From Raja brachyura (Eukaryota), in contig OY740785.1 in NCBI GenBank assembly GCA_963514005.1, positions 9,796,001 through 9,860,000 of the forward strand: a stretch of DNA of 64,000 bases, in the 5' to 3' direction. Positions 13,182 to 24,539 of the stretch are shown in pieces. The notes beneath the pieces are model-generated. The model saw only the letters and a program-made list of their open reading frames with translations, had not been told where the DNA came from and did no database searches. The position numbers were made by a program, and so were the translations under genes. Within the stretch, counting starts at the first letter, position 1; every line of letters starts with the position of its first letter.

Positions 13182-13275
13182 GCACAGACATGATGAATGA
13201 GGAGCAATTCAGTGAGGAGAAAAGATGGAGCAATGAAAAAGAAAGTGAGATCTGATGAAGACGCGACTGAATGAA
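13182..13275 (-). promoter_or_regulatory. YCAY cluster (candidate Nova site) just upstream of the 63-nt RIMS1 exon
   Basis: Nine YCAY tetramers in about 85 nt on the transcript strand. Confidence 0.55.
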
Positions 13276-13645
13276 CAAATTAAAATATTTTCATTGTATG
13301 CTTCAATGATACAAGCACTTAAAACTTTCCAATAGGGAACATGTTAGTTCTGTGATTAAATATCAGAGAGAATTAATTTAAATGTACCATTGCATTAAAT
13401 GCAGTCCCTAATAGAATGATGTTCAATTTAATTTATCTTATTAACAGGGGGTCATGATATACTTCATGTAGTAAAAAACTACCAAATTACTTGGAAATGT
13501 TAAAGAATGCCCCATTCCCAGACTCTGAAAACCACATCGTATTTGAATAAAAATTGTGTAAGTAAAATTATTTCCTAACCAAAGCTTTTTTGTGACAATC
13601 ACTGGTGCAGTGCAGAAGGCAAGGTAAATATGGATATGTGTCGTA

Positions 13646-13830
13646 AAGAACTGCAGATACTGGTTTAAATCGAAAGTAGGCACAAAATGCTGGAGTAACT
13701 CAGTGGGACTGGCAGCTTCTTTGGAGAGAAGGAATGGGTAACGTTTCAGGTCGAGACCCTTGAAGAAGGGTCTCGGCTCAAAACGTCACCCATTCCTTCT
13801 CTCCGGGGATGCTGCCTATCCCATTGAGTA
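13646..13830. mobile_element. Fold-back pair of Penelope-derived repeats
   Basis: About 65-bp imperfect inverted arms joined at ...GAGACCCTT GAAG AAGGGTCTC... Confidence 0.85.
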
Positions 13831-16800
13831 AATATGGATATGAAAATCACATACAGCTCAGTACTTACAGCAATCATGTTCCCTCCACAACAAAATCTTT
13901 AAAGATCCCCTACCCTCAGTTTGGGAGGAGATCAACAACTGTCAGGGGTTGGCCTCCAATTTTCTTACACTGGGATAATGGTTCAAGATTTAATTTTAAT
14001 TAACTTGCCGGTGTTCCTAACAATACCTGACCCTTAGTTTTACTGCAGCCCTGAGAGAAGCCCAGTAAAGAGAGTATATTGAGAGCCTGTCTCGAGCAGA
14101 CTTTGTTGATACTCTCACACAACTTCAATCTTCAATGAAAAGGATGATAATGGAAACTTATTCTTTATCAAAACTGCTACTTTATTTGAAATGTATGCAA
14201 TAGCAACAAGTTTTTTTCTCAGGAAATATGCTAATACCTAATTATAAATTGTACCCTGATTCTATTATAAGATTTGCCATCCCAGGAATCATTTTGATGA
14301 TGCCTCACTGAATTTGCTCCAAGCAAAAGCATCCTCAAATTAAGATGCCACGACAAGCCCCGTACACCAGCAGCACCAGTCCCTGGTCCTACAATCAGGT
14401 GCTCTCACTGTGACGGTCAGCATACCATTTGATTTCTTATTCCTCAGCTTCACCCGCATGCTTATTCCCAGTGACTGGTGTACAAGAAACCCTGGTATCA
14501 TGACATCTTCCTCTTTCCTTATCTCTCACCATTGAGTAAAACATCTCCCATTTTATACTGCACCTGCTTGAACCTGCCCACTTCTTCACCCTGTCCAAAT
14601 CAACCTGGAAAACATTGTGCCTTAATTTCACCATTTCGTTGCTCGCTATTTTAGTTGTAGGACATTTTTGTTACTAACCATTTGCAGAAATAGAGCAAGT
14701 ACCGAGAAACTATGAAGCTGTCTATTATCCCTCCTCTGTGCAAAGAGAAACTTGCATCTATTAATCTATCTCATTGTGGGACCTGTACTTAAAAAAAATC
14801 TGTACTTTCTCTGTAACTGGAACAATATATTCTACACCTTGTTTATTTTTTCCTTTGCTCAACCTGATGCAGTCATGTATGGTATGATTGCCTGGATAGC
14901 ATGCAAAACACAGTTTCGGTACACCTGACAATAATAATCAAATACCAAGAGGAATAATTCTCCGTTTCTTCAGTCTCTACATGTAACTGAATTCCCTTAT
15001 CCCTGGTATCAGCCTGATGAATCTCTTCTGTCTCCACTTTTGAGCTTCGGGAACCTACACATGACGTCTAGAACCAAAGACACACTGTAGGACAAACCTA
15101 ACCAGAGATGTATAAAGATCATCAGCATGAATTTCTTTACGTTGAGTGCTCCTGTTTGTGAAGCCGTGCATTTTATAATAGCCCTCTCAGCTTGCACTGT
15201 CACCAAAGGTTTATAATTACACACCCCTAGTCTGCACTGGCATCGCCATAGCATCACTCCTTACTAACCAAAATATGTAAATTTAAAATAAATGTCTCTC
15301 GACACAAATTCTATCTTACACATGAGATGAAGAAGGTGAGCGATGAGGGTAGAAGAGTGGATGTTGGCTACACAGATATTAGTTAGTGATTTATTAAGGT
15401 CGCTGATAGTGGGCTCTCTAAGTCAAATGGTAGTTTAAATTCAGAAGTGGCTCACCCATAGAAAACACACGGTGCTGGAGGAAGGGTGTTATTCTGGCTG
15501 GAGATCTTAGAGCAGTGGTGTTCCGCAGGGATCTGTGTTGGGACCTCTATTGTTTGTGATGTAAAGATCGCGGACATGAATGTAGATGGGTTGGTTATTA
15601 AGTTAGCAGTCAACACCAAAATTGGTGGTGTTGTGGACTCTGAGGAAGGCTATCAAAGGATACAGTGGAATATAAAACTGTTACATATATGGGCAGTAAA
15701 ATGCCAGGTGGCATTTAATGCGAGTGGTACATGTCCTCACAGGCAGTTTATGTAACGCCTCTCAGATCTCACTTCTCTTTCATCGACATACATTGATGAT
15801 GTTCAATGGCTCATCTCACCCTTCATCCACAACTGATTGTCAACCCAAAGCTCTTACAACTTGATAACACCTCTGATTGTCAGCTCAAATCCTCAAATGC
15901 CTGCTCATGGCATTGTTTTGGATCTGCCCACTGTCAACATGAATGAATGCACTGTCCATGCTTGCTGGAGAACATACCAACAGGCACTGATGAGGAAAAG
16001 ATATGCATCCCATTGCATGCCATGTCCCTAAATCCTGTCCAGCTGTGGAACTTCAGTTTGCAGGGATTAGCAGAATTTCTCTTCTTTGTTCGTTGGGGAC
16101 ACCAGGTGTGACAGTGCCCTGCAGGATTAATCTCTCAGACCCCTGCTTTAACAACTTGACTGCTTCTGGATCATTAAAGGACATGCCCAGCAGGCAGCAA
16201 TACTGCAAGATGTAGCTAATGTAGCTTAGAGACGATAGACCTCTGGGTAAATTACTAGAATCTATTGTTTGCATGGTGAGTGAGGGGATCTTTGATCTAT
16301 TCTGCATCTATTTCACTGAGGACCTTGCCCATCTCCTGCAGCTCCACGTATACATGACCATATTTTCTCTCTAGTTACCCTTTCCATCTGTGTATATATA
16401 AAATCTCTTTGGATTCTCCTTAATCTTATATGCTAGTGATAGCAATTTCCTTCTTCAGGTAACCCAGCTGAATATGCTGCAGATGCGATTCACCAGGATG
16501 TTGCCTGGATTTGAACATTCCAGTTATAACTAGACATTGGATCGACTGAGTGTTTTATTTGGAGTGGAAGAGCCTTGGAGGTGACCTGGTTAAAGTACAA
16601 ATAATTATGAGGGGGTCAGATAGCGTAGACAGTAAAAAACAAATTCCATGGTGGGGTTGTCTAAAACAAAACCGGTAAAAGTCCAAAGAGGTTTTGGAGG
16701 GCTTCGAGGGGGAATTATCTTAAACGCAGAAAGTGGTTGGAATTGGAATGTATTGCTGGTGCAAGGAGATACTCTCACAACATTTAAGAAGTGTTGGAAA

Positions 16801-17196
16801 ATCACTTGAATCGCCATGACATAGATGGCTACCAATTAAAAGTGGGTTAAATGGGATTAGTATAGATAAGTACAATCGTCAGGATGGACCTTGGGGGCGG
16901 GGATGGGTGCGAAGGGCCCATTTCTATATGGTGCTATTGGTGTTATATGGCGCTATTCTGTGACTCTAATGATATAATATATAGTCCCCCTCACTCACCA
17001 CAATACGCATCGTGAGATTGCTGCACTCCGAGACCACTGAGCAAAGTCACATTGTGGTTTCCCCGTCTCCCTTTTTATACAATGAAATAACTGAACTATA
17101 CTCACTGTACTCTTCATACTCACACAGGGAGCTAATCGCACAAACATCACATCTAAATCCTACCTTTTAATAATTTTCCTAGTTTCATTTATAATA

Positions 17197-17370
17197 CACA
17201 CGCAGACATGCATGCACACAAACACATACACGCTCACGCAGGCATGCATGCACACAAACACATACACGCTCACACAGACATGCATGCACACAAACACATA
17301 AACGCTCACACACACACAGACATGCATGCACACAAACACATACACGTTCATGCACACGCAGACATGCATG
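17197..17370. repeat. 36-bp minisatellite CAGACATGCATGCACACAAACACATACACGCTCACA; continues at 18556-18617 after the L1
   Basis: About 4.5 tandem units left and one right of the L1. Confidence 0.92.
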
Positions 17371-18555
17371 ATGGATTGCAAGCAAATAATTTATTTAGAT
17401 ATTTACAGATTAGAGATTATGTCAAATTAAATACGCAAGATTACAGAAATAGAGATCCAGGTTTACTGGATGAAGTACTTAATAAGCATCCAACAACAGA
17501 AAAATTAATAGCATATATATATAATATTCTTTTGGACAGGGAAATGCCAAAAACTGAAATATTTCGACAAAAATGGGAAATGAAATTGGTTTACTGATAT
17601 CAGAAGATTTTTCGGAAGAAAGCTTACAACGAATTAATCGCTGTTCGTTAAATGCCAGACATACTTTGATACAATTCAAAGTAATACATAGATTACACTA
17701 CTCAAAAAAGAAATTAAATAGAATTTTTCCTAATATATCACCACTGTGTGATAAATGTCAGCACATAGAAGCCGATTTAACTCATAGTTTTGTAATATGT
17801 ACAAAACTTAATAGTTATTGGACTGAGATTTTCAAAATTATTTCCATAGTTTTAAAGATTACATTAAGCCCTGACCCAAAATTAATTATATTTGGGGTTT
17901 CAGATTCAAACCAAACTTTAACAGCAAATCAAAGAAATTTTCTGGATTATTGTTTAATAATTGGAAAAAAATTAATATTAAAATTTTGGAAGGGACCATT
18001 ATCCCCTACAATTAAAATGTGGACAGTGGAAATGTTGGAGACGTTACAACTGGAGAGAATTAGGTTTATGCTAATGGATAAACTTGAGCTTTTTGAACAA
18101 ATATGGTCTCCATTCACTGATTATATGAAGGGGTAGCTGGGCTCGGCATTGAAACTCAATAAGTACCCGGTGGGAAGATCAAACAAAAAAAAATTAGAAA
18201 TTGTTCCATTCATTGATAAGATGTATACTGTTTTCTTTTCCTCAAGTATAATAATTGTTTACTAGTTATAGGGTTTAAAAAAAAAAAAATTTTAATTATT
18301 ATTTTTATTTTTTATTTTTTTATTTTTTTATCCCTTTTTATCAAATATAATCATATTCTTCAAATTACTCACTATTCTTTCTTTATACTTTTTTCTTTTT
18401 CTCTTTTTCATACTAAAAAAAAAATGGGGGCCTATATACATGGTTTGGTAATATTTATATAATTTTGGAAAGATGTATTAATTATATCTGAAAACATTGT
18501 TATATTATTTGTAATATGTATGGCCTCTAATAAAAATAAAATTAAATTAAAAAAA
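17371..18555 (+). mobile_element. 5'-truncated L1-clade LINE (ORF2 C-terminus, 3' UTR, A-rich tail)
   Basis: IQFKVIHRLHY, CX2CX8HX4C knuckle (CDKC...H...C), AATAAA and A tail, flanking GACATGCATG duplication. Confidence 0.9.
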
Positions 18556-21210
18556 GACATGCATGCACACAAACACATACATGCTCACACACACACATAC
18601 ACACACCCACACACACAAGTTTCCGCTCCATTTACTCAAAATTCAGGATGTCAGCATATCTTTTCTAGTTTCTTTATAAACGTATCCAAACATGATGTAA
18701 CTGAATAGAGGGGTGGCCTGGAGGAGATGAATGGCCTCTTCCTGGTTGTAAGCTCTTAATTTCCAACCTATTGGTTGGGCCTTCCACCTCCCATTGACAG
18801 CACTTTCAGGTACGCTCTCCAAGGGAAACTGCCTCACAGGTCCCTTAAAAGGTAGTGTTCCACTGAAATTAAATCAGAATTTGCTAATCAGTCCAAGCTA
18901 GTCAGACAATGGCCTTGCATGTTTTGAATGGCAACATTTACATTGGATTTCATGTGCAGATAGAATAGATGAACTTAAAAAATATCACTCATCTTCCCCA
19001 AGCTGTTTCTTGCAGAGAGGTAGAAGTGATGGGCAGTTAAAGTTGGGAGTGTTAACACACAAGGTTAAAGCACACACTCTCCTTTGCCTGTTTCATTCAT
19101 TGCAGCCCTCCCACCAGAATTTGACTTCAAATGCAATTTCAGGTGCAGTACAGCTCAGAGGCTCCAGAGACCGTTGGTTATTGGCTGCAAGCTCAAAAGA
19201 TGGAAGCAAACGTTCACCATTCATTAAAAATGACAACCATCTTCCTGTCACCTTCCAAGTACCCCAATGCATGCTGCCATGACATTATGGTCATCACACA
19301 TCTGAGAGTTATTATAGTACCAGTTAATAGCTAGGCCTTGCTCTCTTTGTCTTCTACAAAGAACACCAGGATATAATGATTAATTATTACCATGATATTG
19401 CGCAAAGTGCCAGAAGCAGAAGATAGGATTTCTTTCCTGTAATTTGCTCTCTGTATCTAGTAATGATCCACCTAACCCATGCTGGTCATAACCTCCTTCT
19501 TTTCATTTTCATAATGGTATCAAGGACTAATATCACCCAACCCTACAGTCTAATAATCATGATTCACCCGCTGACTGGAGGTAGGCTGGCATTACCAGCC
19601 ATTAGCCTGTAAGAGATGCAGAGGTTGCACACCAAGCTGCAGTGTGGTTTGGTTAGGAGATTTCCAGACTTTTGATCCAGACCGTGTCAGTCATGTTAGG
19701 CAAGGATAATAACTTCTGTTAAATTATGTGCCAAACATGAGAACAGATACAGTCCTCCAACACACACTGCTTCAGTTCTTGTATGGAGAATGACCACTTG
19801 AATGGAAGTTGTGGAAAGTGTACAGCTTTGGGGGGCTGAGCCCGGTGGATTCTGCTTGATCATATGCAAGTGTGAACATCTTCACAGGGAGACCAGGCAG
19901 TCTCCCCAAACGTTATGGCAAAGGAGGTTATCTCAGACATCTCTAGGGGCAGCTGCAACAACATTATGATCCCATTCCAAAGCAAAATAACTAAAGTGCA
20001 TGATGAAAAAAAAAGAGAAATGTCAAAAATTACACTTGCTTGCCCCTCCCCTCCCATTATAAATACAGCCCGTGCAGCATTGCAGTGTGGGTGCTGGATG
20101 CAAGGCAAATGTTATTAATTCAGGGCATTAATGTGCTGTTAGAAGCAGGAGTGTGAGTAAATAAATCAAGAGGAGCAGTTATTGTAAATTAAAGGAGAAA
20201 GAGAACATAGAGGGTGAGAAAAGGAAAGATAGGTTTGAAGTTTCAGGAGAAAATAAAACAGATTATGGTTCCAAAATTCATTGGAGCTGCTCATGATAAG
20301 GGTGCAAATTTAGATACCTCCTCAAGCATTGAGAATATTTGTGATGCACACTGCCAGTCTTGTAGAATCGTAAAATCATTTAGGTATTTTATATCCGATC
20401 ACTGCTGTACATGTGCAGGAAACGGGATATCCAGATCGTTGTAAAAAACAAGACAAACTATTTATCTCCACCATGAATTACTTTCTGGATCGTAGAAAAA
20501 AAGGTAGATAGTGACAGAAAGGGATTTCAAGTCAAATTAAATACAGTGAGTTAAATAAAGAAAGAGATAGAAAGGTTGAATTGGCAAAAGAAAAAGAGAC
20601 AGAAGGGAAATGGAAGGATAGTAATCCAATTTAAAGAGCACATGGGAGCTATTAACCACCAGCGTGATTGGGATCCCACAGGGTTTACTCTTCCTTACAC
20701 TGTTCAATACTATCTTTGTGTGCTTCAACTGCATTTTCTCAAAACACAGTAAGAAACTCTCTGTGACACTCCATTTCCACAAGGCTAACAATGAAATGCT
20801 GCAACTCATTTTGCAATTTGTAGTAATTTGCATTGTCAATTTATATTAAACACTCTAATAGGAACCAGCGTTAACTTGTTATTATTTTACCAGGTAATCC
20901 TTGCCCACTGTGAGCTGGATTTAATTTTGATATTGTTAAGATTGCCGGCTGGTTGGGAATCTGAATATTAGTCAGCTGGTGTATATGGAGCTCGGACAAA
21001 CAGAAACTAATTCATAGGTGATGTGGTCATGGAATAACTCAGTTGGTAAATAATTCAGATCCTTTGTAACTTAGTCATCTCTCTGGGTACGAGATGGAAG
21101 ATGTTTTACATCAGTGGAATTACTTACAAACACCACCAAAATGAAAATTGACACAAAATGTTGATCAAGATGCTAAACAAGAGGAACAGGATAATTGATG
21201 AACACTGTAC

Positions 21211-21336
21211 CTGTCTCTTTCATATGGGTAATGATTGTCTATGTCCCTGGGACTGCGCTCGACAGGACTGCGTGAGACAGCTTGGTATTGGGTGGGAGAA
21301 CGAGATCGCCGGCTCTGATGGATTTCATCTAGACTC
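21211..21336 (-). CDS. RIMS1: RIMS1 exon: SLDEIHQSRRSRSPTQYQAVSRSPVERSPRDIDNHYPYERD(S)
   Basis: TAG/GTACA, 126 nt, phase 2-2; matches recalled RSLDEIHPTRRSRSPT. Confidence 0.93.
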
Positions 21337-21629
21337 CTATACGAAAAGATTTACAGTTCAGTAGAGGATGGTCAAGACTACTGCAAGTAGAAACTTTGTC
21401 TCAAAATCTTTCATCTCAAGAGAAAGCAATTTAGTGTAAGAAAATCAAAGAGCACCAACCCATAAAGTGGCAATTAAAGTATCTTTTTCTCAAATGATTT
21501 TGAAATTCCACAAGAAAATTTTAAATCAAAACAGATTACCGAATTGACAAATTTGTAAAACAAAGGTTATATATACTTCCTGCCCATCGTTTAAAAAAAA
21601 GAAACTTGCAGCAAGAAGATGAAACACAC

Positions 21630-21783
21630 CTCTGTAGTGGGACACTGGGTAATCGTGACCGGGTCCTGCCCTGGTCATCACCACGGTGAGGAGAGACAGA
21701 GCGTGAACGATGATGCGGGCTTCGCTGTTGATCTGGCACTGTTAGTGTGCTTGCTCTACTTTCTCTACTGCTAACCCTATAAT
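21630..21783 (-). CDS. RIMS1: RIMS1 exon: (D)YRVSSRESRASTLTVPDQQRSPHHRSRSVSPHRGDDQGRTRSRLPSVPLQ(R)
   Basis: CAG/GTGTG, 154 nt, phase 1-2. Confidence 0.95.
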
Positions 21784-22827
21784 CTGTTGGTTAAGATGCC
21801 AAAAATAAAAGTACAATGTAAGTTTTAACATTTGTTTGTATGAACAATAATCAATACGAACAATGCTGCAACTGTAAAGATGAACTTTAATGAAATAAGA
21901 ACTTAAAAGCGTGATTCCATGCTAACAGCTTTTTTAACCGTCTCTATGGCTCATTACTTTTAATCCTTAAAATATGAGATGTTCTTTAAAATGCATGCAA
22001 ACAAGACAACCTGTATCCAAACTAGATTGTAAAGGGGCTGGCCTAGTTCTGTGATTGACAATTATTATGCATTATTATGATTAAAAACAATTGGAAGCCA
22101 TCACCTTGGTCACGTGGAGAAGTCCAGAGGCCATGCAAATGTCTACATTAGGTTAAAGCAAAGCCATGCAGGTTGCAGTCACTTGGAAATCTCAGTTCTA
22201 TGGCTATATGCTGCTCTATTGCAGTTCACCTGTGGAGCTCAAGCAGGAAGGCTAGAACATGGCCATTGACTCCGTCACAAAGTAGTATTCTTTCCAACCA
22301 GAGTCTTAGATGTTATAAAGTGCAATTTATTTTGGGAAGCATTAGGTGAACATAACATAGAAAATAAATGAGAATAATGTTTCTCTTCTGTCAGAACGCA
22401 GTGGCATAAACCAGCACTAATATCAAAATACCAAAACTGTAAGTGAACACTGAATTAGGTTTCCAGCCAATTAAAAATGACACGCAAAGGCATGTTACCA
22501 TGCAACTTCCTCAGCAATCAAGATCAATAACTTAAATTATTCATTCTCTCCTTTGAAATGCAAAGCATTGGATTTTAAGCATTTCCCAATAAGTAAGATT
22601 TAACTATGAAATATACCTCGGTTTTTATGAAACAGATTGTGACATGAAGTTCCAAAGTTGAATTATTTTATGAGAAAACTTAAAAGGATTTCAAAATGGT
22701 GAGGGAAGTTGGTCTGGATAAACTGCTCGGACAGCTGAAGGGTTGGCAGGGCAAGCAGAGCAGGCGTAAAAATTGAAACAACTGGATAGCCTAGATTTTT
22801 CAATTATTCTATAAATAAATGAGTTAG

Positions 22828-22909
22828 TATTCGCATTTTAACAGTTAGAATCAGAATATTTAAACAGATTTGTTTAAATATTCTGATTCTAACTGTTAAA
22901 ATGCGAATA
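22828..22909. repeat. Perfect palindrome: 39-bp arms, 4-nt spacer
   Basis: TATTCGCATTTTAACAGTTAGAATCAGAATATTTAAACA-GATT-exact reverse complement. Confidence 0.97.
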
Positions 22910-24467
22910 GATGCGAATTTGGCATAGAGTTACAAACTTGCAAAATGAGTGATCCAGAAAGGCCATTGGGCCTTGCTTCATGAATGAAGCAGTGAGTAGG
23001 TTTCAGGATATTGGAAGTATAAAGGGATAATGTGAGATGGTAGGTAAATGGGGAAATGTATTTAAAAAAGGTAATTTTGTTTGGCATTTTCACTTGTAGC
23101 TCTTCATTTTCTTAACATTCGTGGTGATTTGTTAATCACGAGTTGCATTTTGCAGAAAATGTAAAAGGCCAAGTTCTTTGCACTGGAGTCACAGAAAACC
23201 AATCACTTCTCCCTGCACCCCATGCAGAGATCACCGATGAGTATGGCATAGATTGGGTAACAGAACACTCAAACATAAAGCAAAAATCAATTCATGAAAA
23301 CTGGGATTCATGAAAAATAAAACCGACATAACAAAGAGGAATATTTAGGTGCAGTTTTTTGGGGGGTTTTAATCTAAAGATTATTTTTAGATAAAATGTA
23401 AATGCAGAATTGTGTATCGCACTTAAGATCTAAGGATTTAGTCAAATACATTTCAGCTAACTGTCTATTCAAAGATCACCCACTAATTTCAACACTGTTG
23501 TTTTGGCTTGAGTCATGCAGCCACTTCTAATATGGATGACTAGTTCAATTTCTGTGCACAAATCTTTAAATGAATTTGATAAAGAGAGCATACAGTTAAT
23601 TCTAATTTTATTGAATTGGGGGCTTGTGTCATTTCCTTCCCAAATAGATTTCTTAGTGCAACTAAATTAGGCCAAATGTTTTATGATCATAAACAGTTTT
23701 ATTGTTCACAGAGTTCACAGCTCTGAGCAAATTGAAGACAAATTATAGCCCAAAAATGAGCAAGTTCAATTTTATTTAAAAAAATTCAAACTATTGTAAG
23801 TAAGTTTGATGTAACTGCATATACAACTCTGTTATTGTGCTAAACTGTTCTATAATATTATAATTTTATTTTGGGGGACATTTATCGAGGATTTGCTACT
23901 CAGGTGCGCAAGATACGAGACTGTTGAATCGGGGCTAAAAGACTCCACCTCCAACCCAAGTCTCTACCTACCTTTGCTTCAGATCTCAACCAAGGCCTTG
24001 CAGTTAGTGCATTTTGTGTATAAAGTGTGAAATTGCCCTGAGTTACTTGTGGGACATCAAGTTAAATAAATCCAAAACAGCAATTTATTTTTGTGTTGTT
24101 CACTTGTGCTGAACATTGTGTTCAATCAAATTCAAATGATTTGCTTAAAATGTACATGTCAACCCAATTAATAGCCGTTTATACACCTCCAACCGTACAT
24201 TTAAAAGCGAAATGCTCCATCCTCACAGTGTGAAATAAATACTGAAGCAGTAATTTTAAAGGAGTGATTATTATTGCTTCTTTGTATTAAATCTCAGCTA
24301 ACGAGCATGTGCTTTGACATATGTAATTACAATACAATATCATGGCTGGCAGATGGGTATTATCTGCTTCTTAAAACATTACTGACCTCCTGCTAGAGCC
24401 CCACATCAAAAGCAATTCTAAATGCAGATAGCATTCATAATGAGAGCATGTTCTGCCACCCACCCAC

Positions 24468-24539
24468 CTGCTGTGACCACTCCAATACCATCATCAACAT
24501 CATAATCTGAGATGTCACTATCACTGATTCGCTGAGATC
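24468..24539 (-). CDS. RIMS1: RIMS1 exon: SQRISDSDISDYDVDDGIGVVTA
   Basis: CAG/GTGGG, 72 nt, phase 1-1; matches recalled RSQRISDSDISDYEVDDGIGVV. Confidence 0.95.

Noticed and set aside
17160-17597. His-rich and Cys/Val-rich ORFs
   Set aside because: Translations of the 36-bp minisatellite running into L1 sequence
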